A stretch of DNA of 64,000 bases, taken from positions 849,706 to 913,705 of the forward strand of contig CAWETL010000003.1 of assembly GCA_963812085.1 (NCBI GenBank). The letters run 5' to 3'. The first letter of the stretch is position 1. Each line of letters begins with the position of its first letter. Below the pieces are notes generated by a model. The model saw only the letters and a program-made list of their open reading frames with translations, ran no database searches and had not been told where the DNA came from. The translations under genes were made by a program, and so were the position numbers. The DNA comes from an uncultured Gemmatimonadales bacterium. GTDB lineage: Bacteria; Gemmatimonadota; Gemmatimonadetes; Gemmatimonadales; GWC2-71-9. This document shows, piece after piece, positions 37,637-47,085 of this stretch.

Positions 37637-39241
37637 CTACGCCACCGCGTAGAGCTCCGTCACATCCCGCCCCCCCGGCCGGCTCATGAGGCGGAACTCG
37701 TCCAGCCGCATCATCGGATCGTCCCGGAGCTCCAGTTCCAGCCCGGTGGCCCGGACCAGGGCCTGGAGGAGCTTGGGCTCCTCCTCGAGCATGTAGAGCG
37801 CCACCTCGGGGTGGAGCCGGACGGCCAGTTGGCGCTCCCGGTGCTCGTGCCCGGCCCGGCGGAGCGACCGCTCCAGCCGGCGGGTCACGATCTCGGGCTT
37901 GAAGACGCGGCCGCTCCCGGCGCAGGTCGGGCATTCGGTGGTCTGCGAGGCCCAGAGCGAGGGCCGCACCCGCTGGCGAGTCATCTCGATGAGGCCAAGC
38001 TCGGAGACGGCGAACGCCTTGGTCCGGGCGCGGTCCCGCGAGAGGTGGGTCCGCAGCTCCTGGAGCACCTTGTCCCGGTTGGACTTGGTGTCCATGTCGA
38101 TGAAGTCGCAGACGATGATGCCGCCCACGTCGCGAAGCCGGAGCTGCCGGGCGATTTCCTTGGCGGCCTCGATGTTGGTGCGGAGGATCGTCTTTTCCGG
38201 GTCCTTCTTGCCGGTGTAGCGGCCGGTGTTCACGTCGATCGACACCAGCGCCTCGGTGGGCTGGATGATGATCGACCCGCCGGTGGGCAGTTCGCAGCGC
38301 GGCTTGAAGAGATCGCGGATTTCCGACTCGATGTCGAACTTGTCGAAGAGCGGCTGTTCGCCGGTGTAGTGGTGCACCCGCTGCATCAGGTCGGGGTCGA
38401 CCTGCTCGAGGTACTGGGCCACCTCGTTGTAGAGCTCCTTGGAGTCCACGTGCAGCGCGTCGACCTTGTCGCTGAAGAGGTCGCGGATGATGCCGCGGGT
38501 CAGGCTGGTCTCCCGCTGCACGAGCGCCGGCGCGTGCACGAAGCCCTTCTTCTTGTTGATCTTCTTCCAGAGACTGACGAGGGACTCCACCTCGCGCGCC
38601 ACCTGCTCCTCGGTGACCCCCTCGGCCACGGTCCGCACGATCATCCCGCCGGCGTCCTCCGGCATCGCCTTCTTGACCATGTCGCGCAGCCTGGAGCGCT
38701 GCTCGCGGCTCTCGATCTTCCGGCTCACGCCGACGCGCGAGGCGAACGGCATGTACACCAGGAAGCGGCCGGGGAGGGAGATCTGCGCGGTGACCCGGGA
38801 GCCCTTGGTGCTGATGGGTTCCTTGGTCACCTGGACCAGGATCGTCTGACCCTTCTTGAGGAGGTCCTGGATGTTGGGGACGGCGTCCCGGTCGCTGACC
38901 TCCCGCTGGCGGGGGGCCTTGTCGCGGGGGCGCTTTTCCGCCGCCTCCGTCTCGTCGGCGTCGGGGACGTCATCGGCTTCGTCGTCGCGGTCGTCGGGAT
39001 CGTCGTCCTCCTCGGGCTCGAGGAGGTCGGAGGCGTGCAGGAAGGCCGATTTTTCCAGGCCGATGTCTACGAAGGCGGCCTGGATGCCCGGGAGGACCGC
39101 GTCGACGCGGCCGAGATAGATGTCGCCGAGGGAACGGCGCTGATCAGGACGATCGTAGAGCAGCTCGACGAGCCGGTCGTCCTCGAGGATGGCCACGCGG
39201 GTCTCCCGCCGGCCTCCATTGATGAGCAGTTCGCGCTTCAA
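37637..39241 (-). CDS. rng: Ribonuclease G/E family endoribonuclease
   Basis: S1 domain (GDIYLGRVDAVLPGIQAAFVDIGLEKSAFLH), an acidic insert, and a catalytic core (GGIIVCDFIDM). TTG start at 39241. Confidence 0.85.
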   Translation of the reverse strand: MKRELLINGGRRETRVAILEDDRLVELLYDRPDQRRSLGDIYLGRVDAVLPGIQAAFVDIGLEKSAFLHASDLLEPEEDDDPDDRDDEADDVPDADETEAAEKRPRDKAPRQREVSDRDAVPNIQDLLKKGQTILVQVTKEPISTKGSRVTAQISLPGRFLVYMPFASRVGVSRKIESREQRSRLRDMVKKAMPEDAGGMIVRTVAEGVTEEQVAREVESLVSLWKKINKKKGFVHAPALVQRETSLTRGIIRDLFSDKVDALHVDSKELYNEVAQYLEQVDPDLMQRVHHYTGEQPLFDKFDIESEIRDLFKPRCELPTGGSIIIQPTEALVSIDVNTGRYTGKKDPEKTILRTNIEAAKEIARQLRLRDVGGIIVCDFIDMDTKSNRDKVLQELRTHLSRDRARTKAFAVSELGLIEMTRQRVRPSLWASQTTECPTCAGSGRVFKPEIVTRRLERSLRRAGHEHRERQLAVRLHPEVALYMLEEEPKLLQALVRATGLELELRDDPMMRLDEFRLMSRPGGRDVTELYAVA

Positions 39242-39687
39242 GTGTGCAGACCTCGACCGGCACCAACGCAGCGGCCCGGCCCGGTGGGGCCAGGTCGAAG
39301 GAGAGACCGGTCAGTACGGGGAAATCCCACGCGGCGGACCACCCCTCCGACCGGCGGAGCCGGACGGTCCGGGGGCGTTCCCCGGAGGCAAGGGCGAGGA
39401 CCGAGACCGCGCGGGACCAAACGGAGTGCGGGAATCCCGCAAACAACGAACGAATTCTACGAACCAGCAGGGCCGGTGCCCCGGCTCCGGAACGCCCGGC
39501 CGGACCGGCCGGTACGGGGCGTTCGTGGAGCGCGGTGAAACCGGATAACCGAGCGAATACACCAAGCGCAGTCGCCCCCCAGGCTCGGACCCGGGAGGCG
39601 ATCATGACCATCGAAAGTGAGGGTGCAGCCAACTTCATGAACCAATGATATGGCCGGCCGCCGGTTCGGGCAATAGACCGGCCGGAG

Positions 39688-40908
39688 CTACGAGGCGTCG
39701 AGGGCGCCTAAGATATGACGGGCAATGACGATACGCTGGATCTCGCTGGTCCCTTCCCCGATCTCGCAGACCTTGGCGTCCCGCATCATCCGCTCCACCG
39801 GATAGTCGGTCGTATAGCCGTACCCGCCGAAGACCTGGACCGCCTTGGTGGTGACCCGCATGGCCAGTTCCGAGCAGTAGAGCTTGGCCATGGCCGCCTC
39901 CTGCTTGAAGGGCTTGCCGTTCTGCTTGAGCCAGGCGGCGTGGTACAGGAGATGGGTACCGGCCTGGATCTCGGTGGCCATGTCGGCCAGTTGGAAGCTC
40001 ACGCCCTGGAAGTTCCCGATGGCCTGGCCGAACTGCTTGCGAACCCCGGCGTAGCGCACGGCTTCCTCGTACGCGCCCTCCGCGATCCCGAGCGAGACGG
40101 CGGCGATGCCGATCCGGCCGGCGTCGAGCGTCTTGAGGAAGTTGACGAACCCGTTGCCCACCGCCCCCAGGACGTTTTCCTTGGGCACGATCGCGTCCTC
40201 GAGGATCAGCTCGCGGGTGTCGGAGGACCGCCAGCCCATCTTGTCTTCCTTCTTGCCCGAGCGGACCCCCGGCGTCTTGGGGAGGTCCTCGGCATGCCCG
40301 ACACCGACTTCGCGGCAGCGATCGAGGTCCACCGTGTCCTTGGTGACGATGAAGCTCGTGATGCCGCGGTGGCCCGGCCCGGGGGAGGTGCGGGCCGTGA
40401 CGGAGAAGATCTCGCCCACGCCGGCGTGGGTGATGAAGACCTTGGAGCCGTTGAGGAGGTAGTGGTCGCCCTTGTCGACGGCGGTGGTGGCGGTGCCGCC
40501 GGCGTCGCTGCCGGCGCCCGGCTCGGTGAGCCCGAAGCCGCCGAGCACCTTGCCCGACGCCAGGAGCGGCACGTATCGCTTCCGCTGCGCCGGAGTGCCG
40601 AAATCAACGATCGGTGAAGTGCCGAGGTTGGTGTGCGCGCTGACCGTCAGGGCGTGACTCGCGTCCACCTTGGCCAGCTCGTGCAAAACGATGTAGTAGG
40701 AGATCTGGTCCATCCCCGCCCCGCCGAGGTCCTCGGGCCAGGGGACGCCGAGGAGGCCGAGGTCGCCCATCTTCCGGACGCCGTCCCACAGAAAGGCGGA
40801 GGTGCGGTCGAGTTCCCGTGCGACGGGAGCCACCTCGGTGCGGGCAAACTCGCGCACCATCTCGCGCACCTGGTTGTGCTGCTCGCTGAAATAGAACGGA
40901 AGGTCCAT
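39688..40908 (-). CDS. Acyl-CoA dehydrogenase
   Basis: [67 protein letters not shown]. Confidence 0.9.
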   Translation of the reverse strand: MDLPFYFSEQHNQVREMVREFARTEVAPVARELDRTSAFLWDGVRKMGDLGLLGVPWPEDLGGAGMDQISYYIVLHELAKVDASHALTVSAHTNLGTSPIVDFGTPAQRKRYVPLLASGKVLGGFGLTEPGAGSDAGGTATTAVDKGDHYLLNGSKVFITHAGVGEIFSVTARTSPGPGHRGITSFIVTKDTVDLDRCREVGVGHAEDLPKTPGVRSGKKEDKMGWRSSDTRELILEDAIVPKENVLGAVGNGFVNFLKTLDAGRIGIAAVSLGIAEGAYEEAVRYAGVRKQFGQAIGNFQGVSFQLADMATEIQAGTHLLYHAAWLKQNGKPFKQEAAMAKLYCSELAMRVTTKAVQVFGGYGYTTDYPVERMMRDAKVCEIGEGTSEIQRIVIARHILGALDAS

Positions 40909-40983
40909 GGCCGGCCCGGGGTGGAGGAATCACGTTTTCGAAATCTACCATGACAGGGCGACGATATCATCGTGCGGTACGGC

Positions 40984-41067
40984 TGTCGTTGCGAGGCGGC
41001 GCCGTGGCCGAAGCACTCCGGCCGAGATTGCTTCCGCGGCCCCTCGCGGGCCCTCCTCGCAATGACG
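40984..41067. repeat. Palindromic intergenic repeat, family A, copy 2 (diverged)
   Basis: tgtcgttgcgaggc...gccgaagcac...gattgcttcc...cctcctcgcaatgacg, between divergent genes. Confidence 0.7.
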
Positions 41068-41171
41068 GAAGGGGTTCGGTCGCCACTGGAGGGGCGGAAT
41101 ACGCCGAGGTTCCTTAGATTGCCGCCATCGCCCCGGAGGGGCACCCCCTGCACCACGGAACGGGAACACCA

Positions 41172-42356
41172 ATGGCCGCTCGCCCGCCCCTGACTGGACG
41201 AGGGATTCGTTACGGCCTGCTGGCCGTGTCGGTCCTGGCGCTCGCGTGCAGCGACGGGTCCGGACCGGCCGCGCCGCCCGCCGACCTGGCGCTCGCACCG
41301 GTGGACAGCGGGTACGACTTCCCGATCCTCGTGACCACGCCACCGGGCGACGCGACCCGCCTCATGATCCTGGAGCGCGGCGGGCGGATCGTCCTGCGGA
41401 AGAACGGGGTCAAGCAAGACTCCGCCTACGTGAACCTCACGGGACTGACCGGCGTGCCCGGCGTGGCGCGCGAGTATGGCGTCCTCGGCCTCGCCTTCCA
41501 TCCACAGTACGCCAGCAACCACCGGCTGTTCGTGTATCTCGTCGACCCCAACGAGGACACCCAACTGGTCGAACTCATCGCGGACGCCTCGCTCGATCAC
41601 GCGAGCCCGGTGCCGGTGCGGACCCTCATCCAGTTCAGCCAGCCGAGCTACGCCATTCATTACGGCGGGTCGCTGGCGTTCGGCCGCGACGGCTACCTCT
41701 ACCTGGCCCCGGGCGACGGCGAGACGGGCGGAGTGCCCACGAGCCCCGCTCAGGACAGCACCTCGCTCCTTGGCAAGATGCTGCGGCTCGACGTGGACGG
41801 CGGCACGCCGTACCGCATCCCGCCGACCAATCCGTTCGTCGGGCGCCCGGGGTGGCTGGGAGAGATCTACCACGTCGGGCTCCGGAACCCCTACCGCTGG
41901 AGCTTCGACCGGAAGACGGGGGACCTCTGGCTGGGGGACGTCGGCGAGGACAACCGCGAGGAGATCGACTACGCCGCGTATGGACAGGCCGGAAAGAACT
42001 TCGGCTGGCCCTACCGGGAGGGCACGCTCTGCTGGCATCCCGCCACCGCCTGCCCGTCCGCCGGCCTCACGCCACCGGTCTTCGAATACGACCATTCGCT
42101 GGGCTGCGCCGTCATGGGCGGAGTCGTGTACCGGGGCACGGCGATCCCCGGACGCCAGGGCACCTACCTCTACGGCGATTTCTGCGACAACACCCTCCGC
42201 TCGCTCCGACGGGCGTCGGACGGCAGCGCGACCGAGGTCACGACGTGGGCCCTCCCGATCCCGGCCGACAACGTATCGGGCTTCGGTGAGGACGCCGCGG
42301 GCGAGGTGTACATGACGATGGCGTCGGGGCGGGTGTACAAGGTGGTGGCGAAGTAG
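41172..42356 (+). CDS. PQQ-dependent sugar (glucose/sorbosone) dehydrogenase family lipoprotein
   Basis: Lipobox LALACS. Shows LGLAFHP, GGSLAFGRDGYLYLAPGDG, LGKMLRLD, GLRNPYRWSFD, DVGEDNREEI, NFGWP motifs. Confidence 0.8.
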   Translation: MAARPPLTGRGIRYGLLAVSVLALACSDGSGPAAPPADLALAPVDSGYDFPILVTTPPGDATRLMILERGGRIVLRKNGVKQDSAYVNLTGLTGVPGVAREYGVLGLAFHPQYASNHRLFVYLVDPNEDTQLVELIADASLDHASPVPVRTLIQFSQPSYAIHYGGSLAFGRDGYLYLAPGDGETGGVPTSPAQDSTSLLGKMLRLDVDGGTPYRIPPTNPFVGRPGWLGEIYHVGLRNPYRWSFDRKTGDLWLGDVGEDNREEIDYAAYGQAGKNFGWPYREGTLCWHPATACPSAGLTPPVFEYDHSLGCAVMGGVVYRGTAIPGRQGTYLYGDFCDNTLRSLRRASDGSATEVTTWALPIPADNVSGFGEDAAGEVYMTMASGRVYKVVAK

Positions 42357-42402
42357 GCGGGGAAGCGGGGAAGCGGGAAAGCGGGGAAGCGGGGAAGGAA
42401 GG
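42357..42402 (+). repeat. GGGGAAGC(G) tandem repeat immediately after a stop codon
   Basis: gcggggaagcggggaagcgggaaagcggggaagcggggaaggaagg. Five G3-4 tracts with AAGC-type loops. Confidence 0.75.
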
Positions 42403-42435
42403 TCGCGCAGGCCAGAGGCACCACAAGGGGGACTC

Positions 42436-42918
42436 GTGTCAGATCTGGAATCAGTTGAACAGCGGGTGCGGGTGCTGGAAAAGCACAACCGGAGCCTCCG
42501 GTGGACCGTCATCCTGACGCTCGTGCTGTCCATCCTCGGGCTGATGTGGGGACGCCTTTGGCCGGCGAACGGCGTGGTCGAGGCGCGCTCCTTCGTGGTC
42601 GTGGACGCCGCCGGAAAGCCGCGCGGCAGCTTCGCGTTCGACGCGAGCGGGGTCGGGCTCAACCTGCAGGACGACCAGGGGCGCTGGCGGACCGGCCTCC
42701 TGGTGGACGACATGGGGCGTCCGGCGCTCTTCCTCTTCGACACAACCTCCCAGCCGGTCGTGACCCTCAACCTGCAGCGCGGCGGCTCCCCGTCATTCCG
42801 CCTGAGGTCCCCGGAGAACGAGGCCTCGGTCCAGGCACGACTCGGCGCGAACGGCGCCCAGGGCCTGTTCGTGACCCGGGGCAGCGACAGCGTGAGCGTG
42901 GCGCTGCCAGCGAAGTAG
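42436..42918 (+). CDS. Hypothetical membrane-anchored protein
   Basis: GTG start. N-terminal helix plus TM (WTVILTLVLSILGLMWG). No family recognised. Flanked by the two GGGGAAGC repeat blocks. Confidence 0.5.
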   Translation: MSDLESVEQRVRVLEKHNRSLRWTVILTLVLSILGLMWGRLWPANGVVEARSFVVVDAAGKPRGSFAFDASGVGLNLQDDQGRWRTGLLVDDMGRPALFLFDTTSQPVVTLNLQRGGSPSFRLRSPENEASVQARLGANGAQGLFVTRGSDSVSVALPAK

Positions 42919-42953
42919 GCGGGAAAGCGGGGAAGCGGGGGAAGCAGGGGAAG
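42919..42953 (+). repeat. GGGGAAGC(G) tandem repeat immediately after a stop codon, second block
   Basis: gcgggaaagcggggaagcgggggaagcaggggaagcc. Lies between convergent genes. Confidence 0.75.
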
Positions 42954-42963
42954 CCCGTCGATG

Positions 42964-44328
42964 CTACCTGGCGGGATGCTGATCACACCCGTGGCACTCC
43001 TTCAGGCCCTCTCCGAAATAGCCCAGTAGCGCGGCGCGGCGGCAAACGCCCTTTCCCGCATACCGCTCCATCGCCCTGATCCGCTCCTCGGCGCCCTGCC
43101 GGCGGCGACGCACACCGCTCCAGTCCACCGCCCTGCCCTGCCCCCCGAGTTCCCTTCTCAACCGCTCAACCGACGCCTGCACGTTCGAGGGGAGCCGGGC
43201 CATCGCGCCCGCATCCGACCACGCGCGCTCCACGAGCGCGGCCGCGGGAAAGGTGACGTCGAGCTGGCGGCGGTGCAGTTCCGCGTCGCCCTTGCGGAAG
43301 AGCAGCACGCAGCGCGAGGGCCGTCCGTCGCGCCCCGCACGCCCCGCTTCCTGATAGTAGGACTCCGGCGTCGGCGGCATCGTCCAGTGCACCACGACCC
43401 GCACGTCCGGCTTGTCGATCCCCATGCCGAAGGCGCTGGTGGCGGTCACGACGTCGAGCTCCCCGCCGAGGAACCGGTGGAGCACCTCCTGGCGCCGCGC
43501 GCGGTCGAGGCCGGCGTGGTAGGCCGCGCTCCGGTATCCGGCATAGTGGAGCGAGCGGGCCAGGCCTTCGGTGACCCGGCGGGTCGGCGCGTACACGATG
43601 GCGGTTCCCAGCCGGTGCGACAGCTCGCCGAGCAGCGCGGGGAAGCGATCGGATTCCGCCGGGACGCGCACCACTCCGAAGACGAGGTTCGGCCGGTCGA
43701 ACGAATCGAGATGGAGGTCCCACCGCCGGCCGGCGCCGAGCCGAAGCGAGGCGGCGATGTCCCGGCGCACACCCGGGGTGGCGCTCCCGGTGAGGGCCAC
43801 CACGGGCGGGCGGCCGAGTCGAATGCGGGCCGCGAGGAGGAGCCGGTAGCTCGGCCGGAAGTCGTGGCCCCACTCGCTGATGCAGTGTGCCTCGTCCACC
43901 GCGAGGAGGGACACCAGCGCGCCCAGCCGGGGCAGCGCACCGGCGAGCCGCTCCAGCCGTTCCGGCGAGACGTACAGCAACCGCACACTCCCCTCGCGGA
44001 GCGCCGCGAGCACGGCATCTCGCTCCTCTGGTTCCTGGGTGCTGTTGAGCGCCGCCGCGGGAAGGCCGCGCTTGCGCGCCGCCTCGACCTGGTCCTGCAT
44101 CAGCGACAGCAGCGGGGAAACCACGACGGTGAGCCCGGGAAGGACGAGCGAAGGGACCTGGAAGCAGACCGACTTGCCGCCGCCGGTGGGCAGCACCGCG
44201 AGGGTGTCCCGGCCGGCCAGGACGGACTGGATCACCTTGCGCTGCGCGGGGCGGAACGCGGAGAAGCCGTAATGCCGGAGGAGGGCCTCGCGGGCCTGGC
44301 CGAGCCGCTCGATGAGCAGAGTGGTCAC
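42964..44328 (-). CDS. recQ: RecQ-family ATP-dependent DNA helicase (short form, no HRDC)
   Basis: FRPAQRKVI, PTGGGKS, DEAHCISEWGHDFRP, TATSAFGMGIDKPDVR, YYQEAGRAGRDG, and a C-terminal Cys cluster. Confidence 0.85.
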   Translation of the reverse strand: MTTLLIERLGQAREALLRHYGFSAFRPAQRKVIQSVLAGRDTLAVLPTGGGKSVCFQVPSLVLPGLTVVVSPLLSLMQDQVEAARKRGLPAAALNSTQEPEERDAVLAALREGSVRLLYVSPERLERLAGALPRLGALVSLLAVDEAHCISEWGHDFRPSYRLLLAARIRLGRPPVVALTGSATPGVRRDIAASLRLGAGRRWDLHLDSFDRPNLVFGVVRVPAESDRFPALLGELSHRLGTAIVYAPTRRVTEGLARSLHYAGYRSAAYHAGLDRARRQEVLHRFLGGELDVVTATSAFGMGIDKPDVRVVVHWTMPPTPESYYQEAGRAGRDGRPSRCVLLFRKGDAELHRRQLDVTFPAAALVERAWSDAGAMARLPSNVQASVERLRRELGGQGRAVDWSGVRRRRQGAEERIRAMERYAGKGVCRRAALLGYFGEGLKECHGCDQHPAR

Positions 44329-44400
44329 CCGGCGAGAATGCGGTGGCCCGGTCGAATGGAGGGGATCGTGGTCACGCGGGCCGGCGCCCGCGCGCGCAAA

Positions 44401-44592
44401 CTACTCCTGCGAGCCCGGCGCGCCAGCGCCCGCCGCCTGCCGCCGCCGGACTATCGCCTGGACCACCCGGATCCCGACGGAGGCGCCGAGCAGGCCGATG
44501 GCCACCCACCCGATCCGGCGGTCGTCGCGGGAGATGGCGAGGACCGCCGCCACGAGGCCGCCCAGGGAGAGGCCGAGCCGGAGCGTTCTCAC
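44401..44592 (-). CDS. Hypothetical small 2-TM membrane protein
   Basis: GTG at 44592 overlaps the upstream TGA (GTGA). VRTLRLGLSLGGLVAAVLAISRDDRRIGWVAIGLLGASVGIRVV. Confidence 0.35.
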   Translation of the reverse strand: MRTLRLGLSLGGLVAAVLAISRDDRRIGWVAIGLLGASVGIRVVQAIVRRRQAAGAGAPGSQE

Positions 44593-45347
44593 TTCTTGAG
44601 GAAGGCCGCAATGGCCCGCTTGAAGTCCGGTGTGCTGCGGGCGAGCGCGTTGACCTGCGCGCCCAGCGCGATGCCCTCCTCGAACGGCAGTCCGTCGAGC
44701 TGGTAGAACTGGCGCTTGGTCAGGGCCAGCGCCGAACCGCTGGTCGCCGCGAGCGCGGCCAGCAGCTTGCCGCACTCCGCCTCGAACGCGGCGTCCGGAA
44801 CGACGCGCGAGACCAGTCCGGCGGAAAGCGCCTCGGCGGCCGTGAGCACGCGGCCGGTGGCGGCGAGGTCGAAGGCGAGCTTCTCGCCCGTCAGGCGCCG
44901 GAGCAGGGTCATCACCATCGCGGGGACGAAGCCGCGCTGGATTTCCGGGTAACCGAAGTGCGAGCTGGCCGCAGCCACCACCAGGTCGCAAGCGGTGGCG
45001 AGCCCGGCGCCGCCGGCGAGCGCCCGGCCGTGGACCACCGCCACTACCGGCTTGGGCAGCTCTCGAATCCTGACAAAGAGCCCGCCCATGTGGAGCGCGG
45101 CCTTCTCGTTCTGCTCCGGCGAATGCGCCGCACTCGCCAGCAGTTCGTCGAGGTCGGCGCCGGCGCAGAAGTCCTTCCCCGCCCCGCGGATCGCCACCAC
45201 GCGCACGCCGGCGTCGAGGTCGGCCCGTTCCAGCGCCGCGTGCAGGGCGTCGAGCGTCGGGGTGTCGAGCGCGTTGCGTTTGTCGGGGCGGTCGAGCGTC
45301 AGGGTGAGCACGCCCTCCTCGAGCCCGACGCGGAGCGGGGGGCTCAC
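44589..45347 (-). CDS. Enoyl-CoA hydratase/isomerase family (AtuE/LiuC-like position)
   Basis: GTG 45347 overlaps the upstream [45 protein letters not shown]. Confidence 0.8.
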   Translation of the reverse strand: MSPPLRVGLEEGVLTLTLDRPDKRNALDTPTLDALHAALERADLDAGVRVVAIRGAGKDFCAGADLDELLASAAHSPEQNEKAALHMGGLFVRIRELPKPVVAVVHGRALAGGAGLATACDLVVAAASSHFGYPEIQRGFVPAMVMTLLRRLTGEKLAFDLAATGRVLTAAEALSAGLVSRVVPDAAFEAECGKLLAALAATSGSALALTKRQFYQLDGLPFEEGIALGAQVNALARSTPDFKRAIAAFLKK

Positions 45348-45709
45348 CGGGCCGCCTTCCGCGCCGCGCGGGCCACCGCGGGCGGCACCGGGATTTCCAT
45401 CCGAAGGAGCGCCGTGGAGTACACCTTGCCCTGCGCGTCGGTCTTGAGGGAGATGGTGCCGCCGCCGTCGAGCGCGCCGTGGAGCAGGAAGTTGAGCGCC
45501 GAGAGGTTCGGCAACTCGTAGCGATCGACGCCGCTCACCATGCCACGGAAGTGGCGACGGACCCGCGCCACGGTCACCTGGCGGCGGAGGAGGTCGTACC
45601 ACTCCGGCTCGAGGGCGATGAGCCCCACGTTGGCGGAGTTGCCCTTGTCGCCGGAACGGGCGTGGGCCAGGTAGCGGAGCTGCAGGGGAACCGACTTGGG
45701 CGCGGGCAT
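45344..45709 (-). CDS. DUF4387-like protein (C-terminal module of AtuA-type proteins)
   Basis: LRYLAHARSGDKGNSANVGLIA...RYELPNLSALNFLLHGALDGGGTISLKTDAQGK. Confidence 0.65.
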   Translation of the reverse strand: MPAPKSVPLQLRYLAHARSGDKGNSANVGLIALEPEWYDLLRRQVTVARVRRHFRGMVSGVDRYELPNLSALNFLLHGALDGGGTISLKTDAQGKVYSTALLRMEIPVPPAVARAARKAAR

Positions 45710-47085
45710 CAGGCCTCCAGGATCTCGACGCGCACGCCGGGCTCCACGGCGGTGCGGTCGATGAGCGCGGGCCAGTAGGCGACGACCTCCTCCACCTGCG
45801 GCCGACCGCCGGCGAACCCGGTCACGCTTGGCGGGCCGGTCAGCACCAGCGGCGCGATTTCCCGGGTGAAGCGCTCCACCGCCGCCCGGTCAGTCGAGCG
45901 CACTCCAACCCTGAGCTGCACCTCGGGGGCCTCGGGATCGGCGGGCCCGGCCAGCCGCCCGTGGGTGGCGTCCACCCCGACGAACTCGGTCAGGACCTGC
46001 TCGAACTCGAGGCCGAGGTCCTTGAGCCGCTGGCGCAGGATGCGATCGGCCGCCCGCGCCTTGTCGTAGGCGTCGGGCCAGCTGTAGACCAGGGTGCCGA
46101 CGGCCTTGAAGCCGTAGGAGTACGCGATGGAGACCTTGAGCATCGGCGTGCGGGGCGCGCCGCGGATGCCGGTGACCCGCACGCGGTCCTTGCCCGCCTG
46201 CTCGAGCCGGATGGTGGTGAAGTCGGCCACGCCGTCGGGCGTGATGTACTCGTGCGGATTGCCCATCTCGTAGACCAGCTGTTCCGTGACCGACGCGATG
46301 GACACCACGCCGCCGGTGCCGGGGTGCTTGGTGACGACGAAGCTGCCGTCGTCCGAGGCCTCGACGATCGGGAACCCGGGATTGGCCATCCCCTTCACCT
46401 TGCGCCAGTCCTTGAGGAGGTTCCCGCCCGAACTCTGCGCGCCGCACTCGATGATGTGCCCCGCCACGGTGCCGGCGGCCACCTTGTCCCAGTCGTCGGG
46501 ATCCCAGCCGAACTCGTGGAACATCGGCGCGAGGGTGAGCCCGGTGTCGGTGACCCGCCCGGTGATGACCACCTGGGCGCCGCGGTCGAGCGCCTCGACC
46601 ATCGGCGCCATGCCGAGGTACGCATTGGCGGAGAGGACGCGGCTCCGGATGTCGGAGAGCGGCTGTCCGGTCTCCATGTCCCGCAGCTGGTGCCCGGCGG
46701 CGAGCAGCTCGTCGAGCCGTGGCAGGAGGTCGTCGCCGCTGACGAGACCGACCCTGAGCTTCCCGGCGAACCCGTGTTCCCGGGCCAGCCGCAGCACCGC
46801 CTCCGCGCAGCCGCGGGGATTCACCCCGCCGGCATTGGAGGTGACGCGGATTCCCTTCGCGACGATCGCGGGGAGGATCCGGCCCATGAGCGGCACGAAA
46901 TCGCGCGCGTAGCCCGCCTCGGGGTTGCGCGACTTCTGCTTCTGCAGGATGGACATGGTCACTTCGGCCAGGTAGTCCATCATGAGGTAGTCGATCGGCC
47001 CGCCCTCGACCTGGCGGACTGGCGCCTCCAGCCAGTCGCCCCAGAAGCCCTGGCCGCCGGCGATCCGGACGATGCGCGCGCTCAT
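45709..47085 (-). CDS. DUF1446 (AtuA-like, acyclic terpene utilisation family) protein
   Basis: Internal ATG 47085: [18 protein letters not shown]...[17 protein letters not shown]...NAYLG...VITGRVTDT...[15 protein letters not shown]. Confidence 0.7.
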   Translation of the reverse strand: MSARIVRIAGGQGFWGDWLEAPVRQVEGGPIDYLMMDYLAEVTMSILQKQKSRNPEAGYARDFVPLMGRILPAIVAKGIRVTSNAGGVNPRGCAEAVLRLAREHGFAGKLRVGLVSGDDLLPRLDELLAAGHQLRDMETGQPLSDIRSRVLSANAYLGMAPMVEALDRGAQVVITGRVTDTGLTLAPMFHEFGWDPDDWDKVAAGTVAGHIIECGAQSSGGNLLKDWRKVKGMANPGFPIVEASDDGSFVVTKHPGTGGVVSIASVTEQLVYEMGNPHEYITPDGVADFTTIRLEQAGKDRVRVTGIRGAPRTPMLKVSIAYSYGFKAVGTLVYSWPDAYDKARAADRILRQRLKDLGLEFEQVLTEFVGVDATHGRLAGPADPEAPEVQLRVGVRSTDRAAVERFTREIAPLVLTGPPSVTGFAGGRPQVEEVVAYWPALIDRTAVEPGVRVEILEA

